64,000 nt of DNA from Camelus dromedarius (Eukaryota), in assembly GCF_036321535.1 (NCBI RefSeq), contig NC_087437.1, forward strand, positions 2,976,001-3,040,000, read 5' to 3'. Position numbers and translations under genes: made by a program. How positions within the stretch are numbered: the stretch's first letter is position 1; each line of letters starts with the position of its first letter. The notes under the pieces were generated by a model that saw only the letters and a program-made list of their open reading frames with translations, ran no database searches and was not told the DNA's origin. This document shows, in pieces, positions 12,585 to 24,850 of this stretch.

Positions 12585-12624
12585 GTGAATATATGTTGAG
12601 CTTTGTTGTGTTAAGAGCTTAATC

Positions 12625-12750
12625 TCTGACAATAAACAGACTTGGTTCAGATCCTGGTTCTGCCACTCAGGAGCTGTTTGGCTTTGGGAAAATTGGTTAA
12701 CCTCTCTGAGCCTTATTTCCTCATTTGTGAAAATGGGGATAAAACAACAT
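12625..12750 (+). mobile_element. MIR SINE
   Basis: ggttcagatcctggttctgccact...aacctctctgagccttatttcctcatttgtgaaaatgggg. Confidence 0.85.
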
Positions 12751-13744
12751 ATGTAAGGTAGCAGAGGATCTGCAGTAAGTGTTGGTTTCTCTCATTCTCT
12801 CCTCCTGCTCTCTTTTCTTCCCAGAGAAGATTTAAAAGGGGGAAGAGTACTTTTTAAAAAGGGGTTTTAATTTATTTCAGATAATATACATTTATCTTGC
12901 AGAAAATGTCATTCCACTATAGACATATAAACACATAAAATCACTACAAATACACATTCTGTGGGTTAGATATGATTAGTCCCATTTTATAAATAATTGG
13001 GGAAATGCCAAAGTACCTGCACCTGGGAAGGAAGAGGAACCCGAATCTAGGGTCCCCCCCAATCCCCACCCAGTTTCAAGCCCAGGGCGTTTTTTCCAAA
13101 CCTGTGTTTTCTGTGATCTCTGTTTCTCACCTGTCCTGCTGAGCCTGCTTTTCTCAGGAGGGCTCAGCTCCTCCTCCTCCCCCGGCTCCTGGCCTGCCCT
13201 GCTCCAGCCCCTGCGTGTGACATCGGCAAGCACGGGTGGACCCACTCCCCTGGTGTTTTTCAGGCTTCACCATAACAGCTGTAGCGCACTGCTTGTGTCA
13301 CTCCAGAGAAGCGAGGACCCTCTGGGACGTGGAGTGCTCCCTGTCACCTGGCACACGGGCCCATTCCGCAGCTTACATCCTGCGTGCAGGCCAGGTTTGT
13401 GGGTGACGACAACGTGTACTTAACTTGCTCACAATCAACACTGTGCCCTAGCTCACTTGTTAAAAATACTCTTATTACATTTTCATTGTTTGCTCTATGT
13501 TATATAATCTCAGTTAACGTGTGACGTTGTACAGATTTATTACCGTCCAGTGCTGCATATCCAATACAATATGTGCTGTGCTTGGCGAACAGTTGATGGG
13601 ATTTTTTTTCGAGGATTATTTTGACCGTGGTGAGTTCTCCTTTAAGCACTAACTTTGAATCCTGGCCCTCATCTAAAATGAGGTCTGTTGTATTTGGAAG
13701 GCCGGGCTCTGCGTTTTGTATGGGTAGGAAGAATTACTAGCAAA

Positions 13745-13840
13745 AAGCACACGTTTTGAGTCAGGCATTCCTGGGTTTGAATTCTGGCTCTGCCTAACCT
13801 CTCGCAGCTCCGTCTCCACAGATGTAAAATGAGAATAGCG
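13745..13840 (+). mobile_element. MIR SINE fragment
   Basis: tgagtcaggcattcctgggtttgaattctggctctgcc...tgtaaaatgag. Confidence 0.6.
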
Positions 13841-14477
13841 GCAGTGCGTCCGCTGTGGGGTCATGGGGTCGCTGTGAGCCTCAGGAGATCCGGTACCCCT
13901 CCAGTGCCCCTCATGTTCCAGGGATGGGGAAATGACTCAGGTCGTCACTGCTGTTGGCTGGCGACACCCCTCAAAGGTGAGCGCTCAGGAGTAATTACCC
14001 TAATGGTCGTCGTTTGCCGTGTTGGAAGGGAGTTGTGGAAGCCAGGAGTGTGTTTATGAAGCTATGCTAGAAACCTGTGATGAAATGTGTGCTTTCAGAG
14101 CTACCGACACAATCATTTACCATCCTTCTCCCTCCCCACGCCTCCATTCCCACCCACAAATTTTATGCCCAGCCGCAAAGATGACTCAAGGATTATGCTG
14201 GGGTTTCTCTAAGAAAAAACTTCCTCTGTTCCTGCTGATTCCACATTTATTTCACATGCAGAGGTATGTTTAGCACTGACCCCCAGATGAACAACATCCA
14301 TCTCCCCACCCTGCAATAGACAATTTTGTGGTATTTGACTTTCTGTACATCCTGTCTTGGTCCAAAAGAGATTCTAACAGTGATAGACAACATGCTGGGT
14401 ACTCTCTGCTGTCGAAGTCCCAAATGCCCTAGCTCAAAGTGCGCTTTTCCTCAGGGAGACCCCATGCGCGTCGTGAA

Positions 14478-14670
14478 GCCATGGTTCACACGCTAGGGCA
14501 TGAATCAGAAATCTCCCGGGGGGCTTGCGGCAACACGCATTGGTGGACCCCTACTGCTAGGGTTTCTGATTTGGTGGATCTAGTGTTTGAGTAAAATAAT
14601 TTGTGTCTCTGACAGTCTCCTGGGTGACGCTGCTGCTGTTGCTCTGGGAACCACACTTTGAGTACCACTG
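14478..14670. mobile_element. MER5A-like hAT-Charlie MITE
   Basis: gggtgacgctgctgctgttgctctgggaaccacactttgagtaccactg terminal segment. Confidence 0.75.
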
Positions 14671-14754
14671 CCTTGAACATTCACTGTATTTAGACAAACC
14701 ATGCATTTTCTCTCCTGTGTGGTACAACTGAGAACAGCGCTAATGGTGAAGATA

Positions 14755-15100
14755 GGGACCTGACATTTACCAAGCACCTGTGGCATCTGCCATGTGCCAG
14801 GTACCTCACCAGGCACTTCACACGCAGTGCCCTGTTTAATCCTCACAGCCTCTGCCAGTCAAGTCATCGTTACTTATTGAGGCCTTATCACGTGTCATGC
14901 AGTGCACTGTGCTAGGCCCTGGGGCTGGAGCGAATGCCACAGACACAATCAGGGAAACATGCTTGAGCAGGTAATTGTAAGGGTGGTTAATCTGGTCCAC
15001 AGACAGTGGAAGACCAGAGAGGCTAAGTAGCTTGGCTTAAGTTACACAGCTAGTGGGAGACAGAGGAGACAGAACAGACTTAAAAGCCATTTTACTCCAA
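14755..15100 (-). mobile_element. MIR/L2 fragments
   Basis: catttaccaagcacc...tgtgccagg...tttaatcctcacag; agaggctaagtagcttggcttaagttacacagctagt. Confidence 0.55.
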
Positions 15101-15119
15101 AATGTATGTCCTTCCTAAC

Positions 15120-15750
15120 CAGAGGTTGTCAGACCTTTTGGTCTCAGGGCCCCTTTACACTCTCAAAAATTACTAAAGACCCAAAAGATTTTTTTGTTTG
15201 GATTAAATCTATCAACATTGACCATATTAATGCCATTTGCAGCAACATGGATGGACCTAGAGATCATCATTCCAAGTGAAGTAAACCAGAAAGAGAAAGA
15301 AAAATGCCATATGATATCACTCATATGTAGAATCTAAAAAAAAAAAAAAAAAAAAAAAGAAGAAGAAGGAGGAGAAGAAGACACAAATGAACTTATTTAC
15401 AAAACAGATACAGACTCATAGACATAGAAAACAAACTTATGGTCACCAGATGGGGAAGGGGGTTGGAAGGGATAAATTAGGAGTTTGAGATTTGCAAATA
15501 TGAACTAGTATATCGAAATTAGATAAACAACAAATTTTCTCTGTATAGCACAGGGAACTATATTCAGTATCTTGTAATAACCTATAATGAAGAATATGAA
15601 AAGAAATATATGTATGTGTGTGCATGACTGAAACATGATGCTGTACACCAGAAATTGATACAACATTGTAAACTGATGATACTTCAATTTAAAAAGAATT
15701 TACTGTATTTGAAATTAAAACAAAGTGGTTCACATTTTGAGAACCACTGC
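15120..15750. mobile_element. Charlie1-type hAT remnant split by an L1 insertion
   Basis: ttttggtctcagggcccctttacactctcaaaaatta before the L1; ttttgagaaccactg terminus after it. Confidence 0.6.
15230..15697 (+). mobile_element. 5'-truncated L1 3' end (cetartiodactyl/camelid type), sense orientation
   Basis: atgccatttgcagcaacatggatggacctagag...gtatagcacagggaactatattcagtatcttgtaata...caacattgtaaactga...acttcaatt; internal A23 plus (GAA/GGA)n expansion at 15336-15380. Confidence 0.92.
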
Positions 15751-15955
15751 ACCAAACCAGGCTGCAAATAGTGCCATCTTTCTTAGATTCTGAGCCCTGA
15801 CTTGTTTTAATGTCTTCTGTAGTCATCAAAGGTGAAAAACTTCTAAACCTTTTTTTTTTTAAAACATGACGGCCTCTTTTAAGCCTCGGTCTATATTTCT
15901 AGTGATGATGTCTTCCTAAAGACAAGGCTGACCTGCACTGGAATTGCCTTTTAAA

Positions 15956-15956
<1 letters not shown>

Positions 15957-15998
<42 letters not shown>
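15957..15998 (+). repeat. (TG)21 microsatellite
   Basis: Perfect TG repeat. Confidence 0.97.
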
Positions 15999-16005
<7 letters not shown>

Positions 16006-16784
16006 TATGATGAGGAAAAGCAACCATTAAATGGCTAGTCACAGAGCAAGCAAAGAGGTGGTGGCTTTATTAGCCATCTAAGGGTCTCTATTGCAGCCGA
16101 GAGCATTTAAGGAGACGAAGTTGATACAACTTTGTGCCATGTGTTGTCTTCAGGGCTCTCCGAGGCCCTGGGGGATCCTTCCCACCGCCTTGTTGCAGGA
16201 AGACAGATTGATGGATGGTTGCACTCACGTCTGGTGGCCTTTATGGAATGCTGGCAGCTGACTTGTGTTTAATCGTGGGCCCACGGCTGGGACACGGCTC
16301 CTTTCCATCTTCCCAGTCATGTTGTAGTGGGCAGAAACATCCTGGTAGGTGCTTTCCTGTGGTGTGTAATGATTCGTGGTGGTTCGGACGGCGGGTGTCT
16401 TGGCCGACTCTGGACGCTTTATGGCCTCGTTAAGTTTTACTGAGTCAAGTTACCATATCAGTGCTGACATAACTCAGTGTGTGTCTCAACCGATGGTTGG
16501 TGAACCCGGATCTCTTATTTTTAGAGAAACCAGTGAACTTGGGGAGGTGCCGCAGCAAAGTCAGCGTGGTTGTTCAGATGCAGCAGCCCTCGGATGAGGA
16601 GTGGGAAAGAGGGAGTCTGCCAGCCATCTGACCATGTGGGCTTTTTGACACCAAACATCTGGATCAGTGGCTCATGGAGAGACCTTCAAAACTGGATGTG
16701 TCACACAGGCACATCCAGTAGCAAAAACAAACTGAAAAAAAAAGAAAAAAGTGATGCTAGGTGATCGTTTGTCATCTTCCTTAG

Positions 16785-16879
16785 CAGCTGAAGATTGACG
16801 TGAAGCGTCTCTGCTGGTTGCCCTGAGGCAGCATGGAGCCCTCCACAAGGCATTTCTGGGCACAGATCACATTTGCAAG
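16785..16879 (+). other. Candidate 5' exon with NAGNAG acceptor and strong-context ATG
   Basis: tttgtcatcttccttagcag acceptor; donor AAG|GTAACT; AGCATGG at 16830-16836 opens MEPSTRHFWAQITFA. Confidence 0.5.
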
Positions 16880-17690
16880 GTAACTGTAACTTTTTAGAGG
16901 AAGTGTTTTTCTGGGAAGAACGCTTGCAGGAAGGTCTAAGGCATAAGTAATTACACCCTCAATTTGATTCTCCTTCTCACCATTGGAGTCTGCGATCCGT
17001 CCCCTGAGGGGCCATCTCCTGGTAATCCCTGTAGCCATGTTTCTTGTGCTGTTTGTATGCTGTCAGCTTCTTGCCCAGAATCCTCAGTATTTTAGTTCCT
17101 GGGCTCATGCGAGCAGCTCTCAGAGAGGAGCCCTGTTGGTTTCGTACACAGCTGGGGCCCTTTTGAGAAACATAAGAAGGTAGCTGGGCCCCGGCTCCTC
17201 ACTCGCCCACCCTGCCTACGGCTGGGGCTCGGGGAAGACCAGACCTGCTCACTGACTTCGTGTCTGCCCTGTATCTGCCTTGCCAACAGTTAGCTTTATC
17301 CCAGATGAGACTTTAGTTTCCACTGGGGATGGAACAATGGCAATTTGTCTGACATGGTCGGGACAGCAGCTCCCTTAAGGCGGGGAGAAGAGAGTATTCA
17401 GTGAGGGAGGTGTGATTCTTGGTTATGTAGGTGGAAACTCTCCCTCTTTGCTTGGATGGGCAGGGGCAGTTCTGTTTGTGATTTCTGTTCCTTCCCTGTG
17501 TTTTATGAGTAGTTAAAATAGCTGTTTATAAGTTCACTCTCTAAGCGTACTGTTCTGAGATTTTTCCTTTATATGCATGTTGTAGCATCCATGAATCTAA
17601 GGGAGGTTTGAGGTGAAATGAGACCTGATTAAGGCAGACTTGATATCGGCAAGCCAAAAAAGTCATTGTGAAATTGAGACGCCCCCAAAG

Positions 17691-17890
17691 CAGAAGTCAG
17701 CAAAATACAGCCCACGGGCCAAATCAAATGCGCAGACTTTTTGTAAATGAAGCTTTATTGGAGCCCAGTCACACCTGTTGTTGCCTCTGCTGTTTTCCTG
17801 TGACAGTGGCAGAGCTGAGTCATTGTGACACAGATTGTATGACCCACAAAGCCTGCTGTCAAGGTCTTTATGGAAAAAGTTTGCCAACTT
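17691..17890. mobile_element. MER58A-like hAT-Charlie MITE
   Basis: cagcaaaatacagcccacgggccaaatc...ttttgtaaatgaagctttattgg...cccacaaagcct...aaaagtttgcc. Confidence 0.8.
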
Positions 17891-20800
17891 TTTGGCAGAA
17901 AGTTGCACTTGGGGGCATATTTCCATTTGGCCATCTTGAGATAGGAAACATACATAGACTTCAAAAAAATCCAAAGAGATATTATTCTGAAATATGGACT
18001 CTGGGCCAGAGACTTTAAGTGATAGAATTTTTCTGCTGTCCTTGTGAGGGTCTGTACACAGTAGATGCTTGTAGGATAAGTGACTGTATTTCCAGATTAG
18101 TGATTTAGGGTCTGGATATCATTCCCCCTTTTATAAAATCAAAGCATCTGTGACCCTGAGGATTCTCCTTGCACGACTGTCCTACATAATATTAGAGAGG
18201 GAAGGTGGAGTTTGGGGCCTTGCACCCCAGTCTGCTGAAGTGACAGCCACTGCCTCTGAGTCCCTATCAGTCTTACTCACTTGGCACAGGCTGGAGCTAC
18301 TAGGCAGGGTCTAAAGGAATGACTGTCCACTGGCACCATGTTGTCGAGTGTCTTACATGGAGAGAGACATGGGGTTTACCAGTTGAGAGCGTCGAAATCA
18401 GGCTTCATGCCTGCCTTGAATTGATTTATGGAGCTGGGCTTGAACAAGCTTATTATTTGTTGTGATCTTAGGCCAGATGTGCCTAAGCTCCCAAAACCAT
18501 GGGTGGAAACAGCACTTCTGCTGGTTTCCAAAATTGCAGTACAAGAAATGGATGACGTGGTGGGGGATGGAGGGAAGGAGAGGTGATGGTGACCTCCTCG
18601 GTCTTACTGCCCTCTCTCTAGGAGACATGTGAGGTGTGTCATCGGGAAGGAAGGCTCGTGCTCAAAGCTTGGGCAGTGCCTCCCTTTGGGACCTGGAGTT
18701 CCCACTGTCCCCTTTCCTGAGGAGATAGCCTGGGTTCCCATCTGCTCAGCTGCACAGATTTGGCCGTGGGGTTACCATTTATTAATTTGTTCATTCAGGA
18801 GGGTGATGTGCTGCGTCTGTGGAGAAGTAAGAGGGCCTCAGCCTCTGCGTCTGCATCCCAGGCTGCACCCGGGCTGTCCTCTCAGGAACCCCAGCCTCAA
18901 CTTACTCTCTGTAGCAGGCAGGGTGTGAGCAGCCTGGGGCTAAGGCCCAGGAGGCCTGCCCGCTAGCTCTTGGCTTTCTGGTGCGGGACCCAGACCCCCT
19001 TCTCTGCTCTGGGAACAGAAGGGTGGGAAGGGCAGGCCCAGGACGGGGTGACAGGCACAGGCAGCTTGTGCCACGTTTGGACCCTCATACCTTTAAGTTC
19101 CACGTCTGGAAGGTGTGTTTCATGGGCAGACTTCCTGGTCCTGGCAGAGGAGCAGAATTTGCCCTTTTCTAGGCTTTTAGTTTCTGAGAGCTCCTAATTC
19201 TTAGAACTTCTGAAAGCCTTAGTCTCCGGAATAGAAGCAGAGGGACTGCTTTCTGATCTGCTGAGGTGTGGCTAACGTTGTAGTTCAGTAAAGTACATCG
19301 TTATGTTAAGTGAGAGCATTAAAGCACATTTTCCTGGACTGCGAGTTTTATGATGGTTGCCTCTATCGTTCTGTTTTTTAAAGTAAGTGGACAAAATCGT
19401 ATGCATCTGATCGTAAACCTTCCTTCTTCCTATATATTTTTATCTTCCTATGTCCCGTTGAAGGTTATGTTTACCTTTATTCATCAGATTTATTTTTCAC
19501 AGGTATTGTGTTACAGACTAGTGCAATACCATGCCTGTTACTTTGAATCAAGTATTTATTTAAGTCCTTTGTCTAAAACAAGAGCTATCTGAGTATTCCT
19601 GTGACTCACTCTCGAGGGCTTAGAAGGTTTCATGTGCAATTGAGGCAAAGTTTTGCGGGGGGGGGGGGGTTCCTTTCAGTGAGAGGTGGCACCATTTCTA
19701 CAGCCTGGGAAGAAAGTTGCTAATAATTGGCTTCACAGAAGTGGACACAATTTAAAAACCGAACACATTCTCTTGTTTGCTTTATTTGTAAATGTTGATC
19801 CTGGTGTTGAGAACCTCAGAGCTTTTCTCATTTTCTTATTCCACAACTCCTTAGGAATGTGCAAAAGGAAAGGTAATAAAGGACAACCTTTTCAAGATAA
19901 AACATGATTCGAGAGGCGACAGCCCTGATGTATATGAGCAGTGATTAACAGCTGCAGAGTCTGCTAACAGCTTTTTAAAAATAACGTGATAAAGCAGATT
20001 TTCCCATTATATTGTGTTTCAGTGCTTGCTCAAGTGCATCGTCCTGATTTTTCCAGGCTTCATTTTAGTCTGTAGCAATCGAATCACTCTTCCGTGTCCC
20101 AGCAGTGCTGTGTGAGGGCTTACTTATTTCGTATCTCTCCCTGGTTATTCTTCCTGTGATATTTTAAATGTTCCAAGACAGTGATGAGGTATATTAGACC
20201 TGTAACCTCCTCTTTTCATTCTGTAGCATGCAGTTGGGTGGGCAGAAGGCAGAGGATTTCCAAGGCTTGCTCACTTGGAATTGGTTTACTTTAGAGCAGG
20301 GATGACAGTGGGCACGCGCTTGGGGACGTGTCTCATTTCACTGGCCTCCCCGATACCATCAGCAGATCTGGGCTGCAGGCCTGGTGGACAGACAGACAGA
20401 CAGGCCCAAAACCAATTCACCTCTGGGATGAGGCGTGGAGGAGGAAGAAAGCTCATATTTTAAAATTTAGTTATCATCTTCTTGAAATCAGTTAATTCTA
20501 GGACATGCATTTTAAAATGAAATTTAGTTGTCTTTGGCAGGCTCACTGAGCACTCTTTTCCTGGTTGATAAGTCCCTGACAGCGTGCTTTGTATAGGGTG
20601 CTGGTTTTACTGTTGTTTGGAGAATCTCCTGAAAGCTATGGATTCTCTCACCTGAGCAGTGAGCACCCCTGTTTGTACACAGAAGTCTGTGTCCGATTTC
20701 AGGGCTTTACGAACCTCTCTGAGGCAGAGACCTCCTCCTTTTCCCGTCAGAAACTGTTGTCTCTTCCAAGGATGTGTTCTCCACAGCAAATTTCTTACCA

Positions 20801-21365
20801 ATAATACATACACTCGCATGCATCACATTATAGCACATTTGATTGAGGAAAGGGAGCAGTAGGAGATATTTTGTCCCACAAAGAGCTGTGCTTTTGCCAA
20901 GACTTAGGCTGTGCAGTCTGGGGCTCCCTCTGATTTGAGGGTCTGGGTCCTCGTGGGTGCAGGGAGGAGGGGGACGTGGGAGGGGCAATGGCAGCACCTC
21001 AGGGAGCTGGCAGTGAGGGAGACAGGGCTGCATGCCCTTGGGTGTCCTCAGAGGCTCTCCCTGCCCCTGCCCATGCAGCCAGGAGCCCTGATTCCCCGGT
21101 GAGCTGCCCAGGAGGCCGGTGGGCTGAGCATGTCATGTGATGCCCTGGCACACATAAGAGGAGGCCTCCCGTGGCATCCCTGGTGGAGGGCCAGTTGTTC
21201 CCAGCTTTTGCCCAGACCATCCTCCAGAGCTTGAGCCTTGGGCCATGAGACACAGCGTCTCCAGGGCCAGCTGCCCAAGACTGGAGGCACTGTGCTCGCG
21301 GGAGCTGGTGGGTGCTGACCAGTGAAGCCTCAGCGCCGGAGTGGTCCACGCGCATCTTTGTGCAG

Positions 21366-21475
21366 GTGCATCGACTAGCCTGGAACCAGGTGCTGGGGGC
21401 TCTGTGAGGTCCCCAGAGAGACTTTGGAAATAGAAAGGGAGCAGGTGTTGACATGGAGGACCCAGAAGCCCAAGG
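21366..21475 (+). other. Candidate 5' exon
   Basis: catctttgtgcag| acceptor (modest) and strong donor AGG|GTAAGT; GACATGG at 21450-21456. Confidence 0.35.
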
Positions 21476-21489
21476 GTAAGTCAGACTTG

Positions 21490-21710
21490 TCTTCCGTCCC
21501 TTTCTTTCCCCTTTTTCACCCTCCCTCCTCCTTCCTTCTACCCCCTCTTCCATCTTTCTTTCCACTTTTCTTTCCCTCCTTTCTTGTGTTCTTCTCCTCC
21601 TTTCATCCCTTTCTCCCTCCAGCCTTCCCTTGTTTTCTTTCCCCTCCTCACTTTCTTCCCATTAATCATTTCCTCTCATCTTTCCTTCCTTTCCTCCTCG
21701 TTCCTTCAAT
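21490..21710 (+). repeat. CT-rich low-complexity polypyrimidine tract
   Basis: About 220 nt almost entirely C/T. Confidence 0.85.
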
Positions 21711-22622
21711 TCAGCAGACACTTTCAGGCATCTGCCGGGTGCTGTTGGTTCTTAGCTTGCCTGGGATTTCGATGCCCTTTCTGTCAGGACAGTCCACCCT
21801 TGTGCTCCCAGGAACATTTTGTGCTGTTACCTTCCCCGCTTCTTCCTTCACTGGTTAGCATATATGGAACAGCTACCGTGAGCCGTTTGCTGCCTTAGAG
21901 AATAAAGCTGAAACCACCATGGACTTCACTTTCAGGAAGGTTAAAATCAAATTTAGGAATTGAGGTACGAGTGTGTGAAGGCTGAATAATAGTGGAATAA
22001 TTACACGATGTCACACAACAGGGAGGTGAGATGCCGGGAGACGGCTGAGCATTGCTGCTCGGTGCAGGAGGTGAGACTGCTCGAGTTCAGAACACCGAGC
22101 AGTGTCGTGTGCATGGCCGGCTTTCGGAAAGTCTTCTTGGGGTGGAACATAAACTGGGGTTCCAAACAGGATTTTAATATTTGGAAAGAGAAAATTTCAG
22201 TCCAGGAAAGGGGCTGACGTGGGTGAAAGCTTTGTGGCATTGGTTTTTCCTTGTCACCGCCGCCTGCATTTTCCGAGGGAAGTCCAGGACCCTCCCTCCT
22301 CTCTCAGGGACCTTTTGGCTGCCCCTCCTTTCCTGGGCGCAGCCCTCTCCTCCCTGGTTCTCACTTTCCCCACAATTTTTATTCAGTTGTGGATGGGCTC
22401 AGGGGAAGGGCAGCGTCCCTCGGGCCCTGCGGCGGCGATCAGCCAGGTTACTTTCTGCTGCATGTCTGAAGAGCTACTTGGAGGGAGGTCTAAACTGAAA
22501 GCGGGCATTGAAGCGCAGTTCCCAGCTTGGTGGCTGAAATGCCTCTCGCCGTCCTTAGCTCTTGGGTGAGCAAGGGGGCTGCTTGTAGGGCTCACCGTCT
22601 GGCGTGCAGGTCTCAGAGGGCC

Positions 22623-22651
22623 TGACGTCAAGGGTTTCGGGTGGAATTCCC
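22623..22651. promoter_or_regulatory. Full CRE plus NF-kB-type site
   Basis: TGACGTCA (22623-22630) and GGAATTCCC (22643-22651; reverse GGGAATTCC) in a locally CpG-retaining region. Confidence 0.5.
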
Positions 22652-22884
22652 GGCATGGATGATCCAGCATGGCTGAGGCCGATCCAGGCGACGCTCCCAT
22701 TTTCCTTGCACGTTGTATGTGCGTTTAGCTGTTGTCCTCAGATGTATTCCTGGTGGATGTGTGTTAGAAGCTGAGGCCAATCCGTATTATTTAGTCCCAG
22801 CGTCCTCAGTCCATGAAGCAGTATTTGATTTTCAAATGCCCGGTGAGCCCTGTCCTAACCTGGTGTCTGGGTCTCTCCTGGCAG

Positions 22885-22945
22885 TAACTTGAAGGAAATC
22901 TGACCAGTACACTGTGGTGACAGACACACATGGAGGTTTAAGACG
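22885..22945 (+). other. Candidate 61-nt 5' exon (or 3' part of an alternative first exon)
   Basis: gtctctcctggcag| acceptor; strong donor ACG|GTAAGT. Confidence 0.45.
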
Positions 22946-23434
22946 GTAAGTTTATTCCCTGAGAGGCTGACATTTCCCTGCGACTGTTGTGTTGGATCCT
23001 TTTGAAGGTTTGGCCTCAGCAGCAGCTTTGCTAGGGAGATGTCAGGTGGCTGGGGCTCCCTAGGCTTGGGGCCTTCGGATATGTACCCTTAAGTAACAGT
23101 AATAATCCCTTTACATATGCTTGCTGGTTGCTCAGAATAGAAGTGTTCTCTTGGGTGCATCACAGTTGATGATTGAAAAGTTCACATTAGACATCGTACT
23201 GTCGTGTGTGTGTTTGTGTGTGTGGTCAGAACAAAGGGTTCCTTTTCATTCCAAGGGCAGTGTGGTGATTTTCAGGGTCTGATCTTCCTTTGCCTTCCTT
23301 TATCAGGTGAAATCTGGTTAAAAGAGTCACCTTGGAGCAGAAAGGGAGGGGAAGATGGCCCTGGCGGTGAATGTGAGCCTCACGAAGAGCGATCCTAGGT
23401 TGATGTTGTCAGAAGACAATTTTGACATTTTTAA

Positions 23435-23550
23435 TTCCACTCCCCACGGTATAAGTAAGGGAAACCGAGGTCCAGAGAAGTGAAGTGATTTTGCCCAAAG
23501 TGATGTGGCAGATGAAAGGTAAACCAGGATCTGAGTACAGGTTCTTTGAG
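23435..23550 (-). mobile_element. MIR SINE
   Basis: gggaaaccgaggtccagagaagtgaagtgattttgcccaaag. Confidence 0.7.
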
Positions 23551-24614
23551 CCCTGTTGTCAAAATATGTCAGACCCAGAAAGCAGTGATAAATACATTAA
23601 ATGTTTGGTCAGCAGAATAAATGAAGCAGCTTTGTTCTACGTTTCCTTAGGAGTGATTTAACAGAATCTTGAAGGAAAAATTTTTAAATGAAAGATAAAA
23701 TATTTCTCAAGAGTGTTGAGATTGTTCCCAAAGATATGTAGGGTCTGTTCGAAAAATATTCTCAATAAGAAAAGCAGTCAGACTTACTGTGCACAAGATT
23801 CTCAGAACATGGTACTTTGGAGGTGCAGAATGCTAAGCTAATTAAAAGCTATCCAATTGCTAGAAAACCGTTAAATAACTGTTTTGTGAAAGACAGAAGC
23901 CAAGTGCACAATGTATTAAAAGACAATAGAAGGATGTAATTAGACTACATTTCCTACTTCCAAATGCCAGTGTTAGACAAGGAGAAAAGAGATTAAAATA
24001 GCTTCTGAATCAAAAACATTTTAAGAAAAAAAAAGAAAGAAAAATCAAAATAATCTGGGTGTTGAGGAAGGAAAACCAGGTGGTCTAATGAACAAAGCTG
24101 TCTTTCAAGCCCCAACTTGATATACCTTATCTTCTACCTCCCTCCCCTGCCCCTCCTCCCTCGTCCTCCCCCTCCCCCCATCACTGAGAAATTCGGTGTG
24201 CCAGATCTCTATGCTACGCTCCCCAGAATTGAGATCTTGGGGAGATGTGGAGAGGGGGTGGGGGCTGGCCCTGGGGCTGTTTTCTCTACCCTGTCCCCTT
24301 TGGGAAGGCCTTGGGAGGGTCAGAGAGAGCCCTGTTTCCAGCTAAAGGCACGTTTCCAGGGCCTTCCAGCCTGATGCTGTTGAAGATGGCCTCCTTTATG
24401 GAGCTGCAGACACGCCTTCTTGTGGCTCTTGGAGTCACAGCCCCCTCTTAGAGCTGGGCTTCCGTGTAAGATGGTTTCCCACCCAAGAGAGAGTGCTTAG
24501 CTTCAACCCAGACCTCTTCCTTTGCTCCCACTTCTCAGAGTCACTGCTGTCATCAGCACCGAGCATTTTTTGATCACCTGCATTGGTTGCAGTATTAGAA
24601 GCAGTGTGAATACA

Positions 24615-24850
24615 AGTTCAGAGCGCTGGCTCTAGAGCGGAGACACCTGGGGCCAAACCTGGGCGCCACACTTACAGATGCAGGATGTGGGGCTAATTAC
24701 TCAGTTCCGTTGTACTCCAGTTCCATCCTCTGTCATCATGGAATAAGAACGTCCCGACTCATGGGATGTTGTGAGCTTATTAAAAAAGAAAGGCCTTAGA
24801 GCCCTTTGATCGTGCCTGGCATGGGGCGATTGTTCCTCACATGTCAGCGG
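24615..24850 (+). mobile_element. MIR SINE
   Basis: ggctctagagcggagacacctggg...ccacacttac...ccagttccatcctctgt...gggatgttgtgag...gtgcctggcat. Confidence 0.65.

Noticed and set aside
21424..21898. Hydrophobic, membrane-protein-like ORFs
   Set aside because: They are translations of the CT-rich low-complexity tract.
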